From a virus: a stretch of DNA of 59,393 nucleotides. The stretch lies in IMG/VR virus record IMGVR_UViG_3300029492_000005, positions 1-59,393 of that record. One strand, given 5' to 3'. Position numbers and translations under genes: made by a program. Every line of letters begins with the position of its first letter. Within the stretch, counting starts at the first letter, position 1. Shown piece by piece: positions 43,988 through 52,659 of this stretch. The notes beneath the pieces are model-generated. The model saw only the letters and a list, made by a program, of their open reading frames with translations, was not told the DNA's origin and did no database searches.

Positions 43988-44114
43988 ATTAGCACTAGTT
44001 TTGTCGAAAGCATTGCCATATATTGGATGATGTGGTATCTTAGCATTGCACTCCAATGTGTGCATCCTTACAGTTAAGCGCTCATGCGGATTTTTCCGTG
44101 TGGGCGCTTTTCTT

Positions 44115-44618
44115 TTACCCTTGCAACTCTTCTACTGATACGTTGCAGGCCGCAGCAATTTTCTTGAGCGTGGTCATCCGGATAGGTTTCCTGGCTTCTG
44201 CGTGTTGGATGGTCGCGGTAGACAACCCGGTCTTCTCCGACAGCGCACGAATGGTCAGCCCGGCGTTTTCCCGAGCGGCTTTGATTTTTACGGCAGACAC
44301 GCCGAGCGTTTTATAATCGGGCGACATATATCCGATTTGGAACATGCCCTGCTGCTGCAACGGCAATGCTTTGAGCGCAAAGCTGTTATCCACGTCCTCA
44401 AGGTCTACATCCTTCAGGACGTAAGCGCAGGCGTTGTCAAGCTCCGGGGTCATCTTGTGGAGCTTATGTGCCAACGTAATTTTCATCATCACGCCACGCA
44501 CGGGAAACCTCGTAGCGTTGTCAAGGTCTGCCTGATTCACGCGGTCGGAGTTGCAGGCTTCATCCAGCAAGCGGTAGAGCTTTCCGAGATTTTTGATAGT
44601 GGTGTTTTCCATATTCAT
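44115..44618 (-). CDS. XRE-family regulator with C-terminal HTH
   Basis: C-terminal IKAARENAGLTIRALSEKTGLSTATIQHAEARKPIRMTTLKKIAAACNVSVEEL. Confidence 0.7.
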   Translation of the reverse strand: MNMENTTIKNLGKLYRLLDEACNSDRVNQADLDNATRFPVRGVMMKITLAHKLHKMTPELDNACAYVLKDVDLEDVDNSFALKALPLQQQGMFQIGYMSPDYKTLGVSAVKIKAARENAGLTIRALSEKTGLSTATIQHAEARKPIRMTTLKKIAAACNVSVEELQG

Positions 44619-44741
44619 TACCTCCGTTTTCTTTTACTATACTGATTATACCACAAAACTGCTACAAGTGATACAGGCATAGTCGCCAGACTTTGCCTTA
44701 TTTTTTTGTTCGTTTTGTAGCAGTTGTATCAGTTTATATTT

Positions 44742-44774
44742 GTCCTTCGTTGTACCTTCGTTGTCCTTCGTTTT
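44742..44774 (+). repeat. Three tandem ~11-bp repeats (CCTTCGTT core) upstream of the 44816 operon
   Basis: gtccttcgttg taccttcgttg tccttcgtttt. Also an 11-bp inverted repeat aactgctacaa (44657-44667) / ttgtagcagtt (44715-44725). Confidence 0.85.
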
Positions 44775-44815
44775 CTGCCGATGCGGTACACTGGATGCAA
44801 TAGGAGGGATGAACC

Positions 44816-45334
44816 ATGAGCTATTACCAAACACCCGGAGCGCCCTATGTTCCGCAACAGCCAGTCAACCCTTACGGTGGTATGGGAACGGTAGGGCTTG
44901 CTACTCCCCTACCAACTGCACAGATGCAGCAGGCTCAACAGCAACGTCCGCAGCCGATGAATGGGCAACAGCCTGTTCAGCAGTCGGTGCAGGACGGCGG
45001 TTGGTTGCTGGGTAGACCTGTTTCCAGCAGGGAAGAGTTTTTGGCGATACCGTCTGACCTGTACGGCAGACCGACCTACTGCCCCGACCTGCGGAGCGGT
45101 GTAATCTACTGCAAACGGCTGAACCCGGACACCTGTGAATCCTATGTGCAGGAGTTTTACAGCCCGGAAGCGTGGCGGCAGATGCAGGCGCAACAGGCAC
45201 AGCAAACCGCTGCACCGACACAGCAATATGTGCCTATTGAGCAGTATAACGCCCTCGTACATCGGCTGGATGAACTGGAAAAGTGGCAGAAGAGCTTTTC
45301 AAAGCCCGCTGCCGCTGCGAAGAAAGGAGAATAA
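44816..45334 (+). CDS. Gln/Pro-rich hypothetical protein
   Basis: SD taggagggatgaaccATG; 172 aa with a Q/P-rich N-terminus. Confidence 0.6.
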   Translation: MSYYQTPGAPYVPQQPVNPYGGMGTVGLATPLPTAQMQQAQQQRPQPMNGQQPVQQSVQDGGWLLGRPVSSREEFLAIPSDLYGRPTYCPDLRSGVIYCKRLNPDTCESYVQEFYSPEAWRQMQAQQAQQTAAPTQQYVPIEQYNALVHRLDELEKWQKSFSKPAAAAKKGE

Positions 45335-45336
45335 CA

Positions 45337-45588
45337 ATGTCCTCTCCGTTTGATATGATTACTCACAGCCCCATCATGCAGCTTGCGAATCTTGCTCGTG
45401 CCGGACAGAACCCAATGGGGCTTATTCAGCAGTTGAGCGGGCAGAACGCCCCCATCATGCAGGGCTTGAACCTGATTCAGGGCAAGAACGAAGCACAGCT
45501 CCGAACGATGGCGCAGAACCTCGCCAAAGAGCGCGGCATTGACCTGAACCGGCTGGCAAGCGTCCTGAACCTGACGCTGCCCAAATAA
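45337..45588 (+). CDS. Hypothetical protein
   Basis: SD aaaggagaataacaATG; 83 aa. Confidence 0.55.
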   Translation: MSSPFDMITHSPIMQLANLARAGQNPMGLIQQLSGQNAPIMQGLNLIQGKNEAQLRTMAQNLAKERGIDLNRLASVLNLTLPK

Positions 45589-45599
45589 CGGTGGTTTGT

Positions 45600-45749
45600 A
45601 TGGAAGAATCAAAATCTGTTTCCCCTGAAGAAAATATTGAAAAAAACTTCGAAAAAAATATCTTTGACGGAAACGACAAATCGGGGCTGATGCTTCTCGC
45701 CATCATCTTTTGGCTTGCTCGAAATCCAAACGAAGATAATGCTGAATAA
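45600..45749 (+). CDS. Possible 49-aa single-TM protein
   Basis: Not in the track. MEESKSVSPEENIEKNFEKNIFDGNDKSGLMLLAIIFWLARNPNEDNAE. Weak SD. Confidence 0.3.
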   Translation: MEESKSVSPEENIEKNFEKNIFDGNDKSGLMLLAIIFWLARNPNEDNAE

Positions 45750-45871
45750 CGCATCCCTCTAAGCGAAACGCTTCTCAGTTTTGCGGACTTGACAAAAACC
45801 GCTTTTGTTTGGCTTCGCCCATCGCATACGGCGGTGGGATGGCATAACGCAAAACTGAAAGGAGTTTTGTT

Positions 45872-46744
45872 ATGGACGATTTTGCAACTGGCTATCTGGC
45901 TGGGCAGGACGGCGGCAATAACAACGGCGGATTTTTCGGAAACGAAGGTCTGTGGGCGGTTATCATCCTCGCCATCATCTTCGGCTGGGGTACAAACGGC
46001 TATGGTCGAAACGGTGGTGACAACGGCATGAACAGCTACATCCCCTATCTGGTCGGCACTGGCGCAACTGGTCAGGGTGGCGCAGATACTCGCGCGGCGC
46101 TGTCTGAGGGCTTCTACCAGCAGGATACCTCCCGTTCTCTGGCTGGCATCCAGAGCGGCATCTGCTCTCTGGGCTATGACCAGCTGGCACAGATGAACGG
46201 CGTCAACACCAACATTGCGAACGGCTTTGCAGGCGTGAACAACGCTATCTGTCAGCTCGGCTACCAGAACGCACAGCTTGTGAACGGTCTGGAACGCAGC
46301 GTGTCCAACGGCGACAACGCCATCAGCCTTGCTATCATGCAGGAGGGCAACGCACGGCAGGCGGGTCAGACCGCACTTTCCACGCAGCTGGCATCTTGCT
46401 GCTGCGAGAACAAGCAGCTCATCGGCGACCTGAAGTACACCATTGCACAGCAGGACTGCGCTACCCGTCAGGCTATCGCAGACAACGCCCGCGCCATCGT
46501 GGACAACTGCAACGCCAACTTCCGCAGCATGATGGACTACTTCACGCAGGATAAGATTGCCACTCTGACCGCTGAGAACCAGAGCCTGAAGTTCGCCGCT
46601 TCTCAGGATCGTCAGAATGCGCTTCTGACCACTGTGATGTCCCAGCAGACCGATACCATCCTGAACCGGGTCAATCCTCGTCCGATTCCCGCTTATCAGG
46701 TGGCAAACCCCAACGTGGGCGTGAACTGCTGCGGCTGCTGCTAA
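45872..46744 (+). CDS. Membrane-anchored Gly/Asn/Gln/Cys-rich protein ending in CCGCC
   Basis: SD aaaggagttttgttATG. G/N-rich N-terminus, TM LWAVIILAIIFGWG, internal LASCCCENK, C-terminal NCCGCC. Confidence 0.6.
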   Translation: MDDFATGYLAGQDGGNNNGGFFGNEGLWAVIILAIIFGWGTNGYGRNGGDNGMNSYIPYLVGTGATGQGGADTRAALSEGFYQQDTSRSLAGIQSGICSLGYDQLAQMNGVNTNIANGFAGVNNAICQLGYQNAQLVNGLERSVSNGDNAISLAIMQEGNARQAGQTALSTQLASCCCENKQLIGDLKYTIAQQDCATRQAIADNARAIVDNCNANFRSMMDYFTQDKIATLTAENQSLKFAASQDRQNALLTTVMSQQTDTILNRVNPRPIPAYQVANPNVGVNCCGCC

Positions 46745-46828
46745 CCTACACACTCCCCGATAACACCGGGTGAACCATCGGGGCAGGGGCAAGACACCTC
46801 TGCCCCTGATTTTTAGGAGGAAAATACT

Positions 46829-47200
46829 ATGGCTTGCAAAACAAGCTGCAAACTCTGCCCGCACTTGGTCATCAGTCAGGCGGTCACGTTTGCCAACGAC
46901 ACGCTGACCATCAATATCCCTGCTGGCGCATACCAAAACGGAGAGAAGTATTGTATCGTGGTTGCTCAGAGCTTGCCGGACACGACCACCATAAACGCCC
47001 CTGTGGTCATTACCATAGGTGCAGGTGCGACCGCATATCCTCTGACCGACTGCAACTGCGCTCAGGCAACCGCCGAGAGCATCCACACCCGCACCCGCTA
47101 CGCTACCCGTGTGGCAACGTCCGCAACCGGCACCGGCACGTTCAAGTATCTTGGCTGCTTCTGCCGCTCCCACGCTGGTGCGCCTGCGTCCATTTCTTGA
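46829..47200 (+). CDS. Cys-containing hypothetical protein
   Basis: SD taggaggaaaatactATG; MACKTSCKLCPHLVISQAVTF...TRTRYATRVATSATGTGTFKYLG. Confidence 0.55.
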   Translation: MACKTSCKLCPHLVISQAVTFANDTLTINIPAGAYQNGEKYCIVVAQSLPDTTTINAPVVITIGAGATAYPLTDCNCAQATAESIHTRTRYATRVATSATGTGTFKYLGCFCRSHAGAPASIS

Positions 47201-47213
47201 GGAGGTATAGATT

Positions 47214-47852
47214 ATGGGCAAGACTAATTTTCGCCGCATGATGATGCTCCGCGACCACGACAAAGACCGTGAGCCGGAACGTGACCGCCTTGAGGAAGAG
47301 CGTGACCGCAGGGAGCGTGAGTTGGAACGCCGTCTGCGTAAGCTGGAAGATGGCAATGACCGCTATCCTTACTATCCGCAGGAGGAGAACCGTTACATCG
47401 ACCCCTATCCTATCCCCCGCTACCCTGACGTAGAGAATGGGCGCAGAATGCCGCAGATTGGCTTCTCGCAGAGCGGAGACTGGGACAAGCGGTCTGGGCA
47501 GTATGAGCATGGCGGTGCGGACAGCCGTTCCATCAAGATGCCACGCCAGCACCTCACCCACGATGAAGCGGAGGAATGGTGCGACAGCATGGTGAACGCT
47601 GACGGCACAAAAGGCTGTCACTGGACGCTGGAACAGACACAGGACGTTGCCAAACAGCGCAACATCACCTGTGACCCGAACGATTTCTGGGCTGTCATGA
47701 ACATGATGTACTCGGATTATTGTCAGGTCGCAAAGCGCCAGTCCGTTGACACTCCGGGCTTCTACGCTGACATGGCAAAGGCTTTCCTTGAGGACGCGGA
47801 TGCCGCAGATGGTAAGGCGTATCTATACTGGGATTGCATTGCTGATAAGTAA
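47214..47852 (+). CDS. Hypothetical protein with R/E/D-rich N-terminus and conserved-looking C-terminal domain
   Basis: SD tgaggaggtatagattATG; C-terminal NADGTKGCHWTLEQT...MNMMYSDYCQVAKRQSVDTPGFYADMAKAFLEDADA. Confidence 0.55.
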   Translation: MGKTNFRRMMMLRDHDKDREPERDRLEEERDRRERELERRLRKLEDGNDRYPYYPQEENRYIDPYPIPRYPDVENGRRMPQIGFSQSGDWDKRSGQYEHGGADSRSIKMPRQHLTHDEAEEWCDSMVNADGTKGCHWTLEQTQDVAKQRNITCDPNDFWAVMNMMYSDYCQVAKRQSVDTPGFYADMAKAFLEDADAADGKAYLYWDCIADK

Positions 47853-47900
47853 AACAAACCCCTGTGCAACCAATCGAGGTTACACAGGGGTGTTTTGCGC

Positions 47901-48371
47901 TTATCGGATTGTCGCTATTCCTCTATCTTTCATATACTCAATAAAATCTTCTGCTGGCATTCTCTCTGAAAGTTCTTTCATTGTGTATTGGCGTTTTTCC
48001 TCAACCCAATGCTCTTTTTCTTCGATACCAGACAAATCGTGGACTGTATACCATTGTGTTTTTGGACTATCAAGTCCATTTGAAAGGAATTGAACCTTAA
48101 ACCAATCTGGACGTTTTCTTCGTTCAAACCAATTCAATTCTGAAAATTTTATCCATGCAATGTTTTTATAATTTCCTTCTTTTTGCCCTTTTCTCTTAAA
48201 ATTATCTCTTATTTTCTTTAAGCTAAAATAGTTGGTTTCAACGCATTGGTTTTCCATATATCTTATGCGCCAATCTTTGTCTCGAAAGACCATCTTACCT
48301 TCGTATATGTCACCGCCTGTCCCATTGAGATACCAATGCGATTCGTAGTGACCTAACACTTTTTGTCCCAT
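47901..48371 (-). CDS. Hypothetical protein (last gene of the AAA+ operon)
   Basis: Start at MGQKVLGHYESHWYLNG with SD ggagaaaggaaacacATG; 156 aa; AT-rich. Confidence 0.55.
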   Translation of the reverse strand: MGQKVLGHYESHWYLNGTGGDIYEGKMVFRDKDWRIRYMENQCVETNYFSLKKIRDNFKRKGQKEGNYKNIAWIKFSELNWFERRKRPDWFKVQFLSNGLDSPKTQWYTVHDLSGIEEKEHWVEEKRQYTMKELSERMPAEDFIEYMKDRGIATIR

Positions 48372-48420
48372 GTGTTTCCTTTCTCCTCTGTGCGGCCGTT
48401 GCGACTGCACAGAGTCTATT

Positions 48421-48684
48421 TTATTTGGTATAGTACAATTCCATATCTGCCTTGTACATATCAAGTTGCCTTTTGCTATCTACAAGCGTGTTAAAGCTAA
48501 ATCCTGCTGCAAAAGATACGGCGATGGACAAAATCAAGTGTGCTGCAACCCATTTACCAGCAAAGATAAAAGGAATCTGAACTGCTACGGCAAAGACATC
48601 GAACAAAAGAACGTAAATGCCACGCTTAACCATTTTCTGCAAACGGATAATACTTCCTTCGTAAAATTCCTTCGACTTCATCAT
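48421..48684 (-). CDS. Two-TM membrane protein
   Basis: GIYVLLFDVFAVAVQIPFIFAG and VAAHLILSIAVSFAAGFSF hydrophobic helices; 87 aa. Confidence 0.55.
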   Translation of the reverse strand: MMKSKEFYEGSIIRLQKMVKRGIYVLLFDVFAVAVQIPFIFAGKWVAAHLILSIAVSFAAGFSFNTLVDSKRQLDMYKADMELYYTK

Positions 48685-48687
48685 ACG

Positions 48688-49569
48688 TCAATCCTCCAAG
48701 AAATCCTCTTGATTCAGAACTTGATTTACAATTCGTTCTGTACATTCTTTGATAACAGTAGATGCGGGGACGTTATCTTCATAAGCTATGTTTTCATATT
48801 GTGCTCCTGCATATTCAAAGAACCTTTTGGAAAGTATTTCTGCATCCGCACGGCACAACGGCTTTAATTCGTATTGCAACGGAAATCTTCTTGTAAGCGC
48901 AGGGTCAATCCTATCAAATCGGTTTGTCGTTCCGATAATGATGACATTGTTCGGCAATCTATCCATTTCTTGCATAATCGCAATAACTACACGGTTCATT
49001 TCCCCAACGTCATCTTTTTGCCCACGAGCCATTCCGACCGCATCTATTTCATCAAAACAAAGAACGCAAGGAGCAGTTCTCACATAATCAAAAATTCTTG
49101 CAAGGTTAGATTGTGTTTGCCCCAAGTGTGAATCAACTAGACTTGAAAATTGAATCCTCAAAAACGGAAGTTTTGCTTTATGCGCAATATACCTAGCCAG
49201 CATGGTTTTTCCGCATCCGCTTTGCCCATAAAGCATCAATGCTGGCAAATAAGGAATGCCCATTTCATTTAATTTTTCAGATGCTCGATAAATAGCAACG
49301 ATTTTCCGCGTTATACTTTTTTCTTCGTTCCTAAGAAGGAATCTCGCTTCTGGAAATTCTTCTGTGTCCTCTGCAATCAAAAGATGCTGTAAGTTATATG
49401 GCAATTCAATAAATTCTCTTTTGCTTTCCAACTTGCGAAACATATTTTCTTTGAACTGCTCATCTTTTTTGGATGATATAGAATTCAAAATGATTTTAAC
49501 GGCTTTTTGCGCGTTTCGCATATCGCCATCGCAAACAAATCGAATAAGGCGTCGTTCACTATCATTCAT
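48688..49569 (-). CDS. AAA+ ATPase (classic AAA, PF00004-like)
   Basis: Walker A YGQSGCGKTMLA, Walker B VLCFDEIDAV, sensor IIIGTTNRFDRIDPALTRRF. Confidence 0.85.
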   Translation of the reverse strand: MNDSERRLIRFVCDGDMRNAQKAVKIILNSISSKKDEQFKENMFRKLESKREFIELPYNLQHLLIAEDTEEFPEARFLLRNEEKSITRKIVAIYRASEKLNEMGIPYLPALMLYGQSGCGKTMLARYIAHKAKLPFLRIQFSSLVDSHLGQTQSNLARIFDYVRTAPCVLCFDEIDAVGMARGQKDDVGEMNRVVIAIMQEMDRLPNNVIIIGTTNRFDRIDPALTRRFPLQYELKPLCRADAEILSKRFFEYAGAQYENIAYEDNVPASTVIKECTERIVNQVLNQEDFLED

Positions 49570-50134
49570 CTAAGAAATCCTCCAACTCGATCTTCCCATC
49601 TGCCGCTGCGACCGCCAGAGCGTAGACGAACTGCCCAATGGTCATTCCGTGCCGTCTAGCTTCACGGTTGATATACTTGCGTTCTTCTTCGCTCATAAGG
49701 ATGGTAATGCGCTTAGAACGCTTGCCATCGCCACTTGCAACGCCCTGATGCGATTCCGGCATCGGGATTTTTTTCTTTGTCAAACCAGCTTCAGCTAGTG
49801 CGCCGGGTACATTGCCCTGTTCAATCAAGCGTTGCACTTCTTTTGCCTGCTTCAGCTTCTTCGGCTTACCTTCGCCTAACACGGCATCATTTGGCTGGCT
49901 TTCGCCGTCTTTGGCTTGCTTCGGCTTAATACTGCTTAATTCCGCTTCACTCGGCTGTGCATGGCTATCTATGGCTTCACTAGGCTTAATCGGTGCTTGT
50001 TCGGCTTCGTTCGGCTTTGTTTGGCTTACTTCTTCTTCCTTTGGCTCACTTCGGCTTAATGTCTGCTCCGAAAAAATAGGTTGAAAATCAAAACCGCCAA
50101 GCAGACCTGAGGATTTTTTGCTGGTTGGTTTCAT
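49562..50134 (-). CDS. Ribbon-helix-helix (ParG/CopG-like) DNA-binding protein with long repetitive disordered N-terminus
   Basis: SD ggaggaaatgtaaaATG. The N-terminus has a 10-aa period (KPNEAEQAPI/KPSEAIDSHA/QPSEAELSSI...). C-terminal RHH KRITILMSEEERKYINREARRHGMTIGQFVYAL. Confidence 0.65.
   Translation of the reverse strand: MKPTSKKSSGLLGGFDFQPIFSEQTLSRSEPKEEEVSQTKPNEAEQAPIKPSEAIDSHAQPSEAELSSIKPKQAKDGESQPNDAVLGEGKPKKLKQAKEVQRLIEQGNVPGALAEAGLTKKKIPMPESHQGVASGDGKRSKRITILMSEEERKYINREARRHGMTIGQFVYALAVAAADGKIELEDFLDE
49862..50056. repeat. 13 GGCT(T) motifs in strict 10-bp phase inside the RHH gene
   Basis: GGCT starts at 49862, 49892, 49912, 49922, 49952, 49962, 49972, 49982, 50002, 50012, 50022, 50042 and 50052, all at positions ending in 2. 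Confidence 0.9.
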
Positions 50135-50135
50135 T

Positions 50136-50471
50136 TTACATTTCCTCCACTTTCTTCGGAAGCTCACGAATTGGCATCCAGTATTCAATTTCTCCCGGCT
50201 TGAACTGTTTTACGATTCCCCGATTGTTCCACCATAACCCTTTCCAATAATAGCCAATATAAATGCTTCCATCTTTGTCAGCCAACAAAACTTCTTTCTT
50301 CTCTTTTGGTAAATCCCATTCATAGTTTGTTGGTGTCCATTTTTGAAACTCTGCTGTGTCCATAACTGTCACAAGAGCGTCCATATATGCGTCTTTTTCT
50401 TCCTTGCTTTTAGCTCCAGCCCAATAGCAAGAAATTTCACTCTGAACGATTTCACCGTCAATCAGTCGCAT
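50136..50471 (-). CDS. DUF551-like protein (paralogue 4, divergent)
   Basis: The C-terminus GEIEYWMPIRELPKKVEE echoes the VTHWMPLP motif. Overlaps the parA stop by 14 nt. Confidence 0.45.
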   Translation of the reverse strand: MRLIDGEIVQSEISCYWAGAKSKEEKDAYMDALVTVMDTAEFQKWTPTNYEWDLPKEKKEVLLADKDGSIYIGYYWKGLWWNNRGIVKQFKPGEIEYWMPIRELPKKVEEM

Positions 50472-51237
50472 TTTTATCCCCCTCTACAATCTTCTTTGCC
50501 AGCTCTTTGAAATCCTCTGCGCTGGTGCTCTTTGCCGTGTCACCGCTAAACAGGCTGTGACGCTCTGCCTGTGCCTTACGAACGCCCATAGACGGTCTAA
50601 TCTTCACGTCCAACAGAGTTGTTCCCATGCTCTGTGCAATTACAGGGAGCTGCTCCACAACCTCTTTGGACAGGTTCTCTCTGCTCTTGTACTGGTTCAG
50701 AAGCAGACCTTCAATCTTCAAAGTCGGGTTGAAGTATCTGCGAACATCACCAATGGTCTGCGAAAGCTGGCTCAGTCCGGCAAGCGCATAGCGGTCTGCC
50801 GTAATAGGCACGATGATGCTGTTGGCGGCGATCAGAGCGTTTACAAGCGCAAGACCGAGCTGCGGGGGAGTGTCCAGAACAATGTAATCGTACTGTTCTG
50901 ACACTGATTCCAGTGCTTCACGAAGCCGGAAGTTCTTGCCAATGTCCCGGACAAGCTGCTCGTCAATGTCCTTCAATGCGTTGTCTGACGGCAGAATGTC
51001 ACCTGCTTCGCAGTGCTGGATTCCTTCCTCTACTGTACCCTGCCGGGTCATTACATCGAACAAAGTACACACGTCCTCTGTCTGCGCACCGTATGTGTCC
51101 GTTGCGTTGCACTGGGCATCGCAGTCCACCAGCAGCACCTTCTTTCCAAGCAACTGCAACGCACCAGCCAGACAGGTGCTTGTGGTAGTCTTTCCTGTTC
51201 CGCCCTTCTGGTTGGCGACAGCTATGATTTTTGCCAT
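50458..51237 (-). CDS. parA: ParA/Soj-type partition ATPase
   Basis: Deviant Walker A KIIAVANQKGGTGKTTTS; VLLVDCDAQCNAT; YIVLDTPP. Confidence 0.9.
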   Translation of the reverse strand: MAKIIAVANQKGGTGKTTTSTCLAGALQLLGKKVLLVDCDAQCNATDTYGAQTEDVCTLFDVMTRQGTVEEGIQHCEAGDILPSDNALKDIDEQLVRDIGKNFRLREALESVSEQYDYIVLDTPPQLGLALVNALIAANSIIVPITADRYALAGLSQLSQTIGDVRRYFNPTLKIEGLLLNQYKSRENLSKEVVEQLPVIAQSMGTTLLDVKIRPSMGVRKAQAERHSLFSGDTAKSTSAEDFKELAKKIVEGDKNATD

Positions 51238-51252
51238 TTTATCACTCTTTCT

Positions 51253-51492
51253 TTATTCTTTCGGTTCGTCAGGAAGTGGCATCCAATGGGTTACATGATA
51301 TAACACATTATCATCAATCAGTTGGGTTTCACTATTGTTTCCATAGAACGCATCCGTCAACACATCATCTGTATACCATTTTTCGCCTTTGAAGTCACCA
51401 TAATAACCGAAAGTAACGCCCATCACTTTATCATAAATGATAATCTGAACGTACTTGTCTGGCATCTTATCTTTTACGCTAATCCAACCCAT
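51253..51492 (-). CDS. DUF551-like protein (paralogue 5)
   Basis: MGWISVKDKMPD...HVTHWMPLPDEPKE. SD aaaggagcgagaATG at 51492; the track ORF starts at 51513. Confidence 0.6.
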   Translation of the reverse strand: MGWISVKDKMPDKYVQIIIYDKVMGVTFGYYGDFKGEKWYTDDVLTDAFYGNNSETQLIDDNVLYHVTHWMPLPDEPKE

Positions 51493-51535
51493 TCTCGCTC
51501 CTTTCTGCATCATCTGCTCAATGTGCTACATCTGA

Positions 51536-52657
51536 CTATTTCAAGAAGCTATCATCAAACGTAGCATAATCGTCAAGGTCTGCATCTTTCAAAATTGAAT
51601 ACATATAAGCGCCGGGGTCTTTTTCAATCCTATCAAGTCGCTCGCTGACAAGAATCCTGTATGCATTCTCAATGATGTTCACAACAGCTTCTTTTTTCTT
51701 GTTGGGCTTGATGTTCGGATACTTCTCCGGCAATCTCTTTGCCACCAGCTTTGCGGTCAAGATACACTGGCTTTTAGACATCTCCGGCGCAATAGATGCC
51801 CAATCAACATCCTCGTATGCGCCGCTGCGGGGCTTTCTGGCAGGTCGTTGGCTCTTTGGAACATCTTTTAGCTCTACGCTTTCAACCTCGTTAGCTTCCA
51901 CGTCTATGACTGGCTCATTAGACTTGAAAGCTACATTGAACTTTACAGCAACCGCATTGCGACCTCTCATAACCTTGTCATATTCAACGCACAGGTCTGA
52001 TACTTCGTTTATTTCAGCTACCGCAATATCAATGACACGCCGCCTAAGATGCTTGAACTCTTGATAGCTAGGTTCTCTTGCACCAAGCTGTTCCCTTAAT
52101 CTATCCAACGTAATTTCGGGCTGGCTCACGCCACGTCCGATGAACTCTCGGAGAATTGAATACAGCAAAATGCTATACTGCGATTTCATATTCGCTGTGT
52201 AGCGCAAGCGATACTTGACATATCCACGCTCTGCAATGTCGAAGAAAACGGGTTGTAGAAGTGGGTTACAGCACAACGACACAGTAATGTTCATCAAACT
52301 AGGTTCAAAATTTACAGTTGCTCTGCTGAACAGGGGATACAGGTCAAACGAGCCTGAACCGTCACCTCTAGGAACTTCAACAGAGTTGTCGATGAAATGC
52401 TTAACCTGTGCTTTCAAATTCCTAGAGTTGATTTTTAACCCTAAAAATTCGCAATATTCTTGTAACGTAAACTGAACCGTTGAAGTTTCGGGGTCTCTCG
52501 GATTGATACGGCTAAGATACACTTCAAGCAGCCGAAGCTCTCCTGCTGTATAGTCAGTGAACTTTGCCCAAACAAGCTGTCTGCTTTTTTCAACCAAGTT
52601 CCCGCCTTTAATATCAGACAATCTTATCACGCCTCCTCTCGTATAAGAGTATATCAC
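51536..52657 (-). CDS. Plasmid replication initiator (Rep_3/RepB-like winged-helix)
   Basis: NLVEKSRQLVWAKFTDYTAGELRLLEVYLSRI...FTLQEYCEFLGL... and YSILLYSILREF... are typical of iteron-binding Rep proteins. Iterons start 3 nt upstream. The true start may be the TTG near 52621. Confidence 0.7.
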   Translation of the reverse strand: MIYSYTRGGVIRLSDIKGGNLVEKSRQLVWAKFTDYTAGELRLLEVYLSRINPRDPETSTVQFTLQEYCEFLGLKINSRNLKAQVKHFIDNSVEVPRGDGSGSFDLYPLFSRATVNFEPSLMNITVSLCCNPLLQPVFFDIAERGYVKYRLRYTANMKSQYSILLYSILREFIGRGVSQPEITLDRLREQLGAREPSYQEFKHLRRRVIDIAVAEINEVSDLCVEYDKVMRGRNAVAVKFNVAFKSNEPVIDVEANEVESVELKDVPKSQRPARKPRSGAYEDVDWASIAPEMSKSQCILTAKLVAKRLPEKYPNIKPNKKKEAVVNIIENAYRILVSERLDRIEKDPGAYMYSILKDADLDDYATFDDSFLK

Positions 52658-52659
52658 AA

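Noticed and set aside
45455-47356. 633-aa ORF on the minus strand spanning four plus-strand genes and their intergenic gaps
   Set aside because: The composition is typical of antisense to GC3-biased genes (R/A/V/G/L/S-rich with RS repeats). It has no SD. Every overlapping plus-strand ORF has a strong GGAGG-type SD at correct spacing and protein-like sequence.
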